Origin: Podarcis cretensis
Taxonomy: Eukaryota
Reading direction: 5' to 3'
Assembly (NCBI GenBank): GCA_951804945.1
Contig: OX638154.1
Location: 63,426,001-63,490,000 of the forward strand
DNA: 64,000 bases
Shown here: one piece after another, positions 52,501 to 61,250 of the stretch
How the letters are laid out: every line of letters begins with the position of its first letter
Numbering within the stretch: position 1 is the stretch's first letter
Position numbers and translations under genes: made by a program
Notes under the pieces: model-generated
Databases searched by the model: none
What the model was told of the DNA's origin: nothing
The model's input: only the letters and a program-made list of their open reading frames with translations

Positions 52501-55500
52501 TCAGAAGAAAGGACACTAAAATAATCTCACCTTGACTGGAGACTCCTGATGTACAATAGCAGGAGTAAGATATTTTAGATTGCAAAGGTGCAAACATGAC
52601 TATGATACTGTGGTGGTGAAGAAGTATTCCCAAAATTTCTGCTTCCTCCCTAAGGAAAAGAGCCACCAAGGACAGGTAGGGGAGGAGAATACCCCCCCTC
52701 AGTATTCTAGTTTTTTTATAGTTCCACTCTTCTTAGTAGGCCCAAGAAGTTGTGAAATAGATGTGAAGCTGCCAGCTAAGGTACAGTGTTACGATTATAT
52801 CTACCAGTACTAGCTAATTTTAACCATAAGCAGCTCCTGCCTGCCACCTTCTGATGTGAAGTTATATAAAAAGGGAAAGCAAGAATATAAGGAGTGATTT
52901 TTCTCTCCTTTTCTCAACCCGTACCTAGAAATGTATGTTTTACATACGTTAGCTAAGCTTAGCAGGCATACATACTTTTGCCCGCCTTCATGTCATACCG
53001 ATATATATTACTACATCTAAATATATGAAACTAATGTGTGTTTTAAAGACTGGTAAGACTATGGTCTGGTTCATACATGAAGTTGCCAGACCAAGAAAAA
53101 ACATTTATTAAAGCAGGAACAAGCAGTGAACTTGAACACCTCTCCCACACACACCTCTGACTTCTGGTTTATTAAATTACAGTTTCCCATGACTTCTGAA
53201 CTGAGAAACTGCCTTATCACTTAAAGGGATCTCTACAAACCAAGATCGAACTGTGGTTTGCAATTGTGGTTTGTTGTGAGCACTTAAACCAGTTTCTTGG
53301 TCCAGATGTTATTGCAAGCCATGGTTTAACAAACCAGGAAATCATACAATTGCAAGAACAAAGGTTCATCCAGTCCAGCATCCTTTTCTCACAGTGGCCA
53401 ACTAGATGCACACAAGCAGGGCATGAGTACAACAGCATTGTCCTCACCTGTATTCCCCAGCAATGCGTAGTTATGATACTGGAGGTAGTAGTACACAGCC
53501 ATCATGACTAGTAGCCCTCGATAACCTCCCCTGAAGTTCAGTTCTGCTCCATCAAAACACAGATTGCTGAACTGAGAACGTTACATTCAAACTAGGACAA
53601 TAGGTTTCCAGAACACTTCTCTACAAGATAAACTCCTGAATATGTTTAACAAACTTCCGATCCTACAGTTATAATTTATCCAAAGGATAAAATCACCACA
53701 GCCCTTAAAGCAACCCTGAAAGTATTTTAAAAGCTCTACTAGTGAGCACTGATCCGTAGCATGGATCTTATTTGCATATTCTTGTGAAAAATATTGGCTG
53801 ATGAAAAATATTGGCTATCACAAAACAGTAGTATCATTCCAGAAACACTGTCCTTGAGACTTTTCAGATGTCTTCTGTTGAAACCTTCAAATATGACAGG
53901 GCAGAATAAAAGGGAATGTCAAATACAGCTAGAGTTGAACTTAAAATGCTTTCGAAACATGTACTTCCTTGAGCTTCAGCATATGCCTCCTATCATGTAC
54001 TTCTTTCTGTTATTAAACAAGGAGGGAAAGAGGTGAAATGTTACTACAGGTTTTGCTGCCAAAAATTCAGAGTCTCTGTTCTTTTCTTATCCTTGAAAGA
54101 TTCATCAAATGGCTGTGATGGTCTTGGTCTCTCTCATCTTTCATCACTTTGGTACATGTGGCTTCTTTGATTTAGTAGTTCACATCTTCTCTTCCGACTT
54201 GTCTGACTTTACTGTCAAGATGTGTCAGCCTAATGTTCAAGCTCCCACTCACCTCTCTGGGCAGGGCTTGAACTAGACCAGCATTTGGTTTTTCTGGATG
54301 GAACCCCCAATTCTTTTGGCAGCATGCCTTAGTGGCCAGCATTTGTTATGGCTGCTTCAGGAGTGAGTGGGTGGTGGGTGTCAGCAGTGATCAGCTGTTT
54401 GCAATCCAGGAGTGATGTGTAGTCCCCGTGAGGTTAAAGTTCTTGCAAGAATGGAGAAGACCGTTATCTTTTAATATTGGAGAAATTAAAAAGATAAACT
54501 CACAGCCTTAGGCATTTTTAAAAATGGAAATAGATACATTTGTATTATGCAAACAAGCATCTTACAAGAGAGGGAAGTTTCCATTAACTTCCTCCCCACC
54601 ACACTCCAAAGTGTGCATGATCAAGAACAAATAAGAGCAACTCTCCTCCTATTACAGTATAATAGCTACATGCACCTCTCTTTCTTTCCAATGGTTTTTT
54701 TTTTGGGGGGGCAGTTAGGAGTTGAGAATACCAGAAACAAAAAGGAAATATGCCATATAAAAACACAAGATTAATAATTAAGGAGGACTAAATGGAGTGC
54801 CTGGCGTGCTTTGGTCCATGTGGTCACGAAGAGTCGGACACGACTAAACAACAGCAAAATAACATTCACACACCACTACCATCCTTCCCAGAGGATCTTT
54901 CAGGGTGTTCCCTTCCTTCATCTGGCCCTTATACCTAGTATGCAAGACATAAAATGCCTACAACAGATGTAAGTGGCTCTCTCTCTCTCTCTGTTGCATG
55001 GCTTGCTTACTCAATTGCAAAAGACAGGAGAGCACCAGGTTGACCTATTCTAAGTGGGCTTTATGGCACACTTGGACACTTGAAAAGTCCGAAATGCCAC
55101 CTACAACAGTAGGCTCTCTCAACTNNNNNNNNNNNNNNNNNNNNNNNNNNNNNNNNNNNNNNNNNNNNNNNNNNNNNNNNNNNNNNNNNNNNNNNNNNNN
55201 NNNNNNNNNNNNNNNNNNNNNNNNNNNNNNNNNNNNNNNNNNNNNNNNNNNNNNNNNNNNNNNNNCCTTCTGTCCTAAAGCAGCTCCATTTTCTCACCAT
55301 GAAGCATTAGGGTCTTCTGAACTCTACACAGAATGTTACTCAACACCTTTGGCGTTTTTTCAAATATTTTAAAAAGAACAACACACCCAAGAGTGGGAGA
55401 TATAAACCTATCGATGTATACAATGGAAGCCTATATGCCATTCTTTCTCAGCACTTGTCACATTCAAACAGTGCCACTAATTACCCAATGGATGGCACAC

Positions 55501-58500
55501 AAAAATCCTAATGAATCAGAGAGCCAGAGATTAAGAGTTGTACTTTTACCCATACCTAGAAAAGCACAATTAGAACTACTTAAAAGAAATTTGAGAACTA
55601 GCCTGCACTTGAATTTTAGGAATGAAGTTCATGTCACAGTTAAGATAATGCAGTGCCTCATTCCTTCAGGGTTCTAAACTCTAGTATCTGTTGGCTCTCT
55701 GAAATAGTATACATTATCTATGTGGCTTTTTCTGAAAAGATATGGAAAACATTCCACCCCATTTGGTTTGGCCAAGGCATTGTATACCTGTCTGGCTTCC
55801 CAAATATGCTGGCAACTTTTCAGTATAATCAAAAAGTCTCAGCCAATTTTTGTGTGTGTGGAAGGCATTGAGAGGCACGTAGCCCATTTATGGGTTATAG
55901 CATTGGCACCACAGATGGACATTTTTGTGATGTTACTTACGTAAACCCACTCTCTGCAGAGAAAACAATTGGTTCCCCTCACCCCATTAAGGCAGTTTTG
56001 AGCTGCAAAACTGCTGCTCTGCCAAAATACAGCATTACAAAAACAATTAACTATGCACTAAGCTCTTGTTTTTCTTAATGTCTAATCTATCCGATTACAG
56101 GGCAACCATAGCCAGTTTGGGTGGGTATCTATCTTTTTGGTCCAGGTTATCTCAACTCTTTGTCATCTGCTGTCAAGTTTTTCCTAAAGAATACCTTTGC
56201 CATGTGTCAGGCCTTTTAGAGAAGCATGAAATCCAACACTAATGTGAATATAATTATTTGTTGGGGATTTAAAAAATGTTCCTCCAAGTGCACTTCATAC
56301 CCCATGGTTTCTGAATAAATTCTTATGATAATGGTTTGGATTTAGCTGGCTTTTTTCCAAATAGGATCTGTGGCTATACACTGGAAGCTCGAAGTGCCTT
56401 CAAATGAACTGCACTCAAACTTAATAGCACACAACTATCTGGTATTATTGTTGCTCAGTCAAGAAATAGAACAGTCATCAGAAACAGTTCATGTGGCACA
56501 CAAAACTTGTGTTTTATTTCATGTACAAAACTGCATTCTTTAGCATGAGATTTTATGCTTTTCTTCCCATTGTTCCCCACACCTCTTTTTCTGAATTAGA
56601 CACAAAAGACTCCAAGGAAAAGAATAAAATGGAAATCCTCTATATATTGGTGCCAAGTGTTACAATTCCCCTGGCTATTGCCTTACTATTTTTCTTCATC
56701 TGTATTTGCCGCAACAACCAGAAGTCTTCTTCGCCTCCAGTGCAAAGGCAGCCTAAGCATGTCAGAGGACAGAACGTAGAGATGTCTATGCTGAATGCAT
56801 ATAAACCAAAGGTATTGTTGGTGAAATCTACCATATATGCCTATGTCATAAAAGAGAAATGTTTCCACTTAGTATTCTAGTTCAAAGAACCTTTGCTATT
56901 TTGGTCTCTTCCAGCTCTTTTGGGTGCAATAGTTTTCCTAATGATGTGTCAATCCCAGCTGACTGCATTTCACAAATACTAGTAGGACAATATTACAATT
57001 GTTTCCACTCCATAAAATATTCTTTCTTCTGTGAATATTAAATTGTATTGAGTTTGGACATATGCTAACTGATTCAATAAAAACAAGAAATAAACCAAAT
57101 TCCCAGTTTTGTACATGGGACTAAATCCTGTACTCATTTACTTAGAGCTTAGTCCTATTGGACTTGGTGAGACTTACATGTGAGTGGCTATGTATAAGAC
57201 TGCACTGTTAGGCTGCCATCCTAAGCACATTTACTACCGAGTAATCCCTAACTCAAGGCACTTGCTACATGCTTAGTATAATATCATAAATTGTGTCTGC
57301 TCTTGTCATTCATTTAATAGAAGCAACTGATAGAGATAAAGTGTCCCCTGACAAATTTCCTTTGTACTTGGTTTACGTTGGCATGGTGCCTCATATGTGT
57401 TTTACACTTCTTTGCATTTTGTACACCACCATATGACAAATACCCGTCAAACAAAAACTAAGCAGATTTATAACTGCTTAACTTAAAATGAACCCCTTTC
57501 CTGCTAAAACTTTATGACTTCATTTTCTTTCATACTTTTCCACTAGGTTGGTTAAAACAGACAATCCTGCATGAGGTCAGACAGAGGTCATTTCACTTTC
57601 ATTACTAAAATATAATTTACAATATGCCAGACCTAAACAAGTTTTAGCCTAAAGGATTTGTATAATATAAACCATCTGTGTCTCAACAATACAGCTAATT
57701 TCCTGCCATCACTGCACAGTCAACTGGCTGCTTGTTTAAATGCCTCTGCGATATATTAATTCACACAGTATTTATCTAAAATTTGTAAATGGTTAGGAAA
57801 ATTAGAATTCAGTCCTGAGTGTCACTTTCAAATGATAATAAAGTGCATTGGGGCTTTCTGCTCCTCCCCTTTTCTTTTTCTTCTTTTGTTTGCAATACTG
57901 CTTTGGCAAAATTGGAGTGAGAGCAGCAAGGATCTCAAGTAAAGGAAAATTTAATTTCCGAAAGGTCCTGAACATTGAGTTCCCCGCTCAATTACTGTCA
58001 CCTACTTCATGAATGGAAACATTGAAGTTCACATGCTTTATGATGGAATTATTTTTAACTCTGTATCTATAAAGTAAAGAAATGGGAAGGGGTGTCTTGA
58101 AAACCACTGCAACACCACTCTTGTTATAGTATCCTCCTACAGTATCAGACGTATGGCACTGAGATTTTAGCCATCATCCAAAGTTATTGTTGACATGTCG
58201 TCTTCTTTCCAACAGAGCAAAGCCAAAGAGCTGCCTCTATCTGCTGTCCGTTTTATGGAAGAGTTGGGTGAATGTGCCTTTGGCAAAATCTACAAGGGAC
58301 ACCTTTATCTACCAGGCATGGACCATGCTCAGCTGGTTGCAATTAAGACCCTAAAGGACTGCAACAATCCACAACAGTGGGCAGAGTTCCAGCAGGAAGC
58401 CTCTCTGATGGCAGAACTGCATCATCCCAACATCGTTTGCCTTCTTGGCGTTGTGACTCAAGAGCAGCCAGTCTGCATGCTTTTTGAGTACATGAATCAA

Positions 58501-59640
58501 GGGGACCTGCATGAATTTCTTATAATGCGATCACCACATTCAGATGTTGGGTGCAGCAGCGATGAGGATGGTACTGTTAAATCTAGCTTAGATCATGGAG
58601 ATTTTCTGCATGTAGCAGTCCAGATTGCAGCAGGGATGGAATACTTATCAAGTCATTTTTTTGTTCACAAGGATCTGGCTGCTCGAAATATTTTAATTGG
58701 AGAACAGCTCCACGTGAAGATTTCTGATTTGGGACTGTCAAGAGAAATCTACTCTGCAGATTATTTCAGAGTTCAAAACAAGTCCCTCTTACCCATTCGT
58801 TGGATGCCCCCAGAGGCAATTCTGTATGGCAAATTCTCTTCCGATTCAGACATCTGGTCCTTTGGTGTTGTCCTGTGGGAGATTTTCAGCTTTGGTCTCC
58901 AGCCCTATTATGGATTTAGTAACCAAGAGGTCATAGAAATGGTTAGGAAGCGACAACTTTTGCCATGCTCTGAAGACTGCCCTCCCAGAATGTACAGCTT
59001 AATGACCGAATGTTGGCATGAGCTGCCATCTCGGAGACCAAGGTTTAAAGATATCCATGCTAGGCTGCGTTCTTGGGAGGGGCTATCAAGTCACACTAGT
59101 TCTACTACTCCTTCTGGTGGAAATGCTACCACTCAGACAACTTCTCTCAGCGCAAGCCCAGTTAGCAACCTGAGTAACCCTAGGTACCCTAACTACATGT
59201 TTCCAGCACAGGGTATACCACAAGGCCAAATTGCTGGATTTATTGGCCCACCAATACCTCAAAACCAGCGATTTATTCCTATAAATGGATATCCAATTCC
59301 TTCTGGATATGCTGCTTTCCCAGCTGCTCACTACCAGCCTGCAGGCCCACCCAGAGTAATTCAGCACTGTCCTCCACCAAAGAGTCGTTCGCCAAGTAGT
59401 GCAAGTGGATCAACCAGCACTGGGCACGTGACTAGCTTACCCTCTTCAGGATCTAATCAGGATGCAAATATTCCTTTGCTGTCTCATATGTCTATGCAGA
59501 GTCATCCAAGTGGGATTAGTATAACCGTTTTTGGAAACAAAACTCAAAAACCCTACAGAATTGACTCCAAACAGACATCTCTATTAGGAGATTCCAGTAT
59601 TCATGGACATAATGAGACCGTGATTTCAGCAGAGATGTAA
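14205..59640 (+). CDS. ROR1: ROR1 receptor tyrosine (pseudo)kinase, 5'-partial spliced CDS: join(14205..14276,27689..27976,29140..29170,48317..48444,49951..50268,51350..51595,56600..56811,58216..59640)
   Basis: Domain order is Ig - Frizzled CRD - kringle - TM - kinase - S/T-rich - Pro-rich - S/T-rich. Peptides are ROR1-like rather than ROR2-like ([48 protein letters not shown]). All introns are GT-AG and phases join in frame (1,1,1,2,1,1,1,0) to TAA at 59638-59640. Confidence 0.97.
14995..15120. mobile_element. Partial MITE left end, with a 54-bp local duplication at its junction
   Basis: TA|CAGTAGAATCTC start. The body (GGAAGTGATTGTTCTGGTTTTCGAATTATTTTTGGAAACC) resembles 13698-13740. No right TIR is visible. 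Confidence 0.5.
15453..15678. mobile_element. Tc1/mariner-type MITE, family A copy 3
   Basis: TA|CAGTGGTACCTCGGATTAAG ... GAGGTACCACTG|TA. Confidence 0.9.
15906..17425 (-). mobile_element. 5'-truncated L1-clade LINE (ORF2 C-terminus and 3'UTR), disabled
   Basis: ORFs 16927-17469 and 16545-16781 are consecutive ORF2 pieces with a CCHC knuckle [17 protein letters not shown], one in-frame stop and one frameshift. 12-bp TSD catggttttatt at 15894-15905 and 17426-17437, in an L1-endonuclease-like T/A-rich site. Confidence 0.85.
16102..16424. mobile_element. Tc1/mariner-type MITE nested in the L1 3'UTR
   Basis: TA|CAGTGGTGCCTCGCAAGACGAA ... TTCATCTTGCGGGGCACCACTG|TT. Repeated TCTTGCGA subterminal motifs and an internal (TTAGCGGC)-like array. 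Confidence 0.85.
18780..19160 (+). mobile_element. Probable RTE-related retroposon fragment
   Basis: GGAGAAGGAAAACTCTGGTCTTAAAGCTCCGCTGC resembles, from memory, 5'UTR motifs of RTE-clade LINEs and derived SINEs. Boundaries are approximate. Confidence 0.35.
19851..19890. repeat. (GT)n microsatellite; others at about 3803-3825, 20902-20933, 22504-22542 (TG/AG compound) and 59893-59910
   Basis: Read directly from the sequence. Confidence 0.95.
21755..22075 (-). mobile_element. Old L2-clade LINE 3' fragment
   Basis: (ATTT)n tail at the left end. GGAAGAGCATTTCATTATTGGGATACCAGCACTGAGAA is the antisense of the FS..AP..WN.LP coding motif. Confidence 0.5.
22118..22368 (+). mobile_element. Older CORE-type SINE with an internal (CT)n expansion
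   Basis: GGCCATGAAGCTCACTGGGTGACT core, (CT)n at about 22217-22265, and an A-rich tail. A related fragment lies at about 62712-62790. Confidence 0.6.
24866..24900. repeat. (ATGA)n microsatellite; also (AAT)n at about 10843-10877 and (GAT)n at about 34169-34188
   Basis: Read directly from the sequence. Confidence 0.95.
26471..26853 (-). mobile_element. Sauria SINE (more diverged copy)
   Basis: Colinear with 45-410 (GGAAACACCATTTACCTTCC, ATTTATCTACTTGCAC, TGCTTTCGAACT). 9-bp TSD ggtcaagct at 26460-26468 and 26856-26864. Confidence 0.85.
27689..27976 (+). CDS. ROR1: ROR1 exon 3, Ig-like domain (288 nt)
   Basis: ttttacag|AT ... TTCG|gtaag. Ig motifs [13 protein letters not shown] and [12 protein letters not shown]. 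Confidence 0.97.
28685..28835 (-). mobile_element. Decayed 5S-rRNA-derived retroposon (SINE3-like)
   Basis: GGTTCCCAGACAATCACCCATTCAGGCATTGAGCAGACCCAAATCTGTTTAGC aligns by eye to the reverse complement of the 5S rRNA internal control region. A (TTG)n tail lies at the left end. Confidence 0.45.
29140..29170 (+). CDS. ROR1: ROR1 exon 4, 31-nt micro-exon ([11 protein letters not shown] linker)
   Basis: tttttctag|GT CCT CCG CCA ACA GCA AGT CCA GGA ACA TC|gtgagt. It is needed to bridge phase 1 (exon 3) to phase 2 (exon 5). Confidence 0.93.
30285..30512. mobile_element. Partial second copy of the 42903-43420 DNA transposon
   Basis: Shares AAAAGAGCTTTTAAGCTCTC.GCCTTGCTT, CATCAGCTCTGG...CTAGGGATGCTC and CTGAACCCCTG..TAAGAT with that element. 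Confidence 0.6.
39615..40056 (+). mobile_element. Left end of a Tc1 (IR/DR-type) transposon with decayed transposase N-terminus
   Basis: TA|CAG start. Outer and inner direct repeats at 39619-39642 and 39803-39828. TATAAAA near 39924. Decayed (M)PRRKD..N.LR.A.V...(H)ETGK from 39984. Confidence 0.7.
40146..40497 (+). mobile_element. Full-length Sauria SINE with 43-bp flanking direct repeat
   Basis: Head GGGACACAGGTGGCGCTGTGGGTTAAA, B box GGTTCGAATCCC, tail CCTTTACCTTTACC. Flanks at 40103-40145 and 40498-40540. Confidence 0.92.
41655..42286 (+). mobile_element. Probable solo LTR (Gypsy-like), about 632 bp
   Basis: TGTTCT...AGAACA inverted termini. Flanks tcca / tccc. TATATAA at 41992-41998 followed by a CT-rich U5-like region. 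No internal coding sequence. Confidence 0.5.
42903..43420. mobile_element. Tc1/mariner (Tigger/pogo-like) non-autonomous DNA transposon, 518 bp
   Basis: TA|CAGTAATCCCTCATCTTACACA ... TGTGTAAGATAAGGGATTTCTG|TA (22-bp TIR, 2 mismatches). Internal duplicated palindromic module. Confidence 0.8.
45531..45723. mobile_element. hAT-type MITE, 193 bp
   Basis: CAGGGTTGGC ... GCCGGCCCTG termini. Perfect 8-bp TSD actgccca at 45523-45530 and 45724-45731. Confidence 0.85.
46725..46810 (-). mobile_element. CR1 LINE 3' terminal fragment
   Basis: GTCATCTAGTCCAACCCCTTGCAATGCAGG is the antisense of the CR1 3' terminal motif. Confidence 0.5.
48317..48444 (+). CDS. ROR1: ROR1 exon 5, start of Frizzled-type CRD (128 nt)
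   Basis: gattttag|T GAT GAA ... ACT G|gtatgt. Peptide [42 protein letters not shown]. Confidence 0.96.
49423..49865. mobile_element. GC-rich hAT (Charlie-like) MITE, 443 bp
   Basis: 16-bp TIR CATGGGTAAGCAAACT / AGTTTGCTTACCCCTG (1 mismatch). Subterminal GGCCC repeats. Flanks gtttggc / gttaggc. Confidence 0.8.
49951..50268 (+). CDS. ROR1: ROR1 exon 6, remainder of CRD (318 nt)
   Basis: tattacag|CT ... AAG A|gtgagt. Cys-rich peptide [20 protein letters not shown]...[14 protein letters not shown]...LPNCEDLP...NCIRIG. Confidence 0.97.
50485..50702. mobile_element. Tc1/mariner-type MITE, family A copy 4
   Basis: TA|CAGTGGTACCTCGGGTTA ... TAACCCGAGGTACCACTG|TA (perfect 18-bp TIR). Confidence 0.92.
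51350..51595 (+). CDS. ROR1: ROR1 exon 7, kringle domain (246 nt)
   Basis: catttacag|AT ... TGT G|gtaagt. Kringle motifs CYNSTG.DYRG, CQPW, YCRNP, PWCFT. Confidence 0.97.
53357..53526 (-). mobile_element. CR1 LINE 3' fragment
   Basis: CATCCAGTCCAGCATCCTTTTCTCACAGTGGCCAA ... AGCCATCATGACTAGTAGCC, recognised as antisense squamate CR1 3'UTR. Confidence 0.55.
54794..54863 (+). mobile_element. BovB (RTE clade) LINE extreme 3' end
   Basis: GCCTGGCGTGCTTTGGTCCATGTGGTCACGAAGAGTCGGACACGACTAAACAACA is the characteristic BovB 3' terminus with a CAA-type tail. Confidence 0.8.
55125..55265. other. Assembly gap (141 N) in intron 7
   Basis: Run of n characters. Confidence 1.
56600..56811 (+). CDS. ROR1: ROR1 exon 8, transmembrane and juxtamembrane region (212 nt)
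   Basis: gaattag|AC ... CCAAAG|gtattg. Hydrophobic helix [25 protein letters not shown] followed by RNNQK. Confidence 0.96.
58216..59640 (+). CDS. ROR1: ROR1 exon 9 coding part: pseudokinase domain and S/T- and Pro-rich tail to stop
   Basis: tcttctttccaacag|AGC AAA. Degenerate kinase motifs typical of ROR1: GECAFG (Gly loop), VAIK, HKD (for HRD), DLG (for DFG). TAA at 59638-59640. Confidence 0.98.
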   Translation, partial: SKAKELPLSAVRFMEELGECAFGKIYKGHLYLPGMDHAQLVAIKTLKDCNNPQQWAEFQQEASLMAELHHPNIVCLLGVVTQEQPVCMLFEYMNQGDLHEFLIMRSPHSDVGCSSDEDGTVKSSLDHGDFLHVAVQIAAGMEYLSSHFFVHKDLAARNILIGEQLHVKISDLGLSREIYSADYFRVQNKSLLPIRWMPPEAILYGKFSSDSDIWSFGVVLWEIFSFGLQPYYGFSNQEVIEMVRKRQLLPCSEDCPPRMYSLMTECWHELPSRRPRFKDIHARLRSWEGLSSHTSSTTPSGGNATTQTTSLSASPVSNLSNPRYPNYMFPAQGIPQGQIAGFIGPPIPQNQRFIPINGYPIPSGYAAFPAAHYQPAGPPRVIQHCPPPKSRSPSSASGSTSTGHVTSLPSSGSNQDANIPLLSHMSMQSHPSGISITVFGNKTQKPYRIDSKQTSLLGDSSIHGHNETVISAEM

Positions 59641-61250
59641 ATAAACAAGACTTTTGTAAATAAACCTATTTACAATATGGAATATAGAACGTTTTTAGAG
59701 GAGATTTATATTCAAATATTTTATTGGAGATTCTTCTGGCTGTATAAAGAGGTATTTGCAATAAGTATCTTCTGTGAAGTTTATTTGTGCTTAACAGGAT
59801 AAAGAGGTGCCAACCGTATTTTTCAAAAATGGAGTTTACACTCAATATCTTGGGTGAACCCTTATTTTACAGCTACCAAGGAGAAAGAAATTTGTGTGTG
59901 TGTGTGTGTGAGTGAAAAAGAAAATTAACTGTGATACGTTTTATTTAATCACAGTTCCGTAATTTCTGTCTCAGCAATCTTATTATTCTAAACCCATTTT
60001 AATATTGGTCACTTTTATGAATGAATGTGGTTAAGACAAATGTTGAGGACGATTAAATATGCTCCTGTAGAATGGAAGTTGTACTCTTTTTTGGTCTAAT
60101 GTGGTTTGAGGGCACCACAAGACCTGATCCAGAGATAGGGTGAAACCAAACACCGTGATAAATTTGCTTGCATTTCATTCTAATGGCACACATTGGGCAT
60201 TGACTTTTATTATTTCCCCCCTTTAAACAGCATCCACAAATCAGAAGTGTAGTGGATGTGCAACATATTATCAAAATGACAATTCCTTTTTAGGCAAGGA
60301 TTTTGTTCAGACATATTCAGTTTTGAGTATGTAAACAGTTTCTGTCTAGTGATACGTCCAAACTCATGCATAAACTAGGACAAGCGATAGAACCCTCTTG
60401 GAACTGCATACAATAAGTGAGTGAAAATTATACTTCTTGACGTTATATCTGTAGTTGCAATAGAATTTTTGTATCCCTTTGTTGCTATGCAACCCTTTAA
60501 TTAAAGAAAACTCTAAATTCTTATTTTATAACAGACAATCAGTTTTCCCAAGAATATTTATTATTTCAAGTAAAATAAATAGCTTTTGTAGTGATAACCC
60601 TGAAATGGGAAGCCTACATTCCATCAGTTGTACACAACAATTTTTTAGAAATTTTCTATGATAACTTTTGTATGTCATTTCAAATAATGTGAATTAGAAT
60701 TAACTTTTTACTAGAAAATTGCATTTTTATTACTGAATTTTATTCAGGTGTAATCAATCTGGATTATTTTGAAACCACTGTAATGTTTGAAAAAATACTG
60801 TGTAAATTACAACCTCTCAGACTTTTTTATTAAAATAATTTTTGTATGGATTATATACACAAATCTTTCAGACACTTGACGGTACTTTTTTTCAAAATCT
60901 TTTGCACAATAATGTTGTCTTTGTATAGCAGAAGTGAAAAATACATCCTGCTTTTTATTTCTTGTCTGTTTCTCATTTTTTAACTACGTGGATATGTCTT
61001 TAAAATATACAAGGTGACATTTAGACAATGTTTTAATACATATTTTGTTTTCATTGCATGCATTTGATTACTGTATTACTTTATTAATCTACTCATTGAG
61101 GATGTTGCACTAAGGTAAGCATGTAAACGTAGCAACACAGACTACTTTATGCAGAAGCTCAGTGCATTTTTGTATTTCAGACACCACCAGAGTGATATTA
61201 AACTCTGATTATTATATGCTGCTGGTTATTAAAACATGGTTTTAAAGAAG
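59641..61250 (+). other. ROR1: ROR1 3'UTR (3' end approximate)
   Basis: AU-rich stretch with no recognisable TE directly after the stop. Candidate poly(A) signals: AATAAA at 59640, 59659 and 60574; ATTAAA near 60829, 61197 and 61228. The true cleavage site cannot be fixed from sequence alone. Confidence 0.6.

Noticed and set aside
54998-55372. ORFs spanning the N run
   Set aside because: Artefact of the assembly gap. No ROR1 exon is missing, since exons 7 and 8 join in frame.
58195-58215. ATG start of the 481-aa ORF as a stand-alone kinase gene
   Set aside because: The ATG lies just upstream of the exon 9 acceptor, in its pyrimidine-tract region. The ORF is the last exon of ROR1, joined in phase 0 to exon 8. 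The track's starts for the other exon ORFs are likewise intronic.
58261-58740. Non-canonical kinase motifs (GECAFG, HKD, DLG) as a sign of pseudogenisation or novelty
   Set aside because: These are the established features of the ROR1 pseudokinase, and the reading frame is intact.
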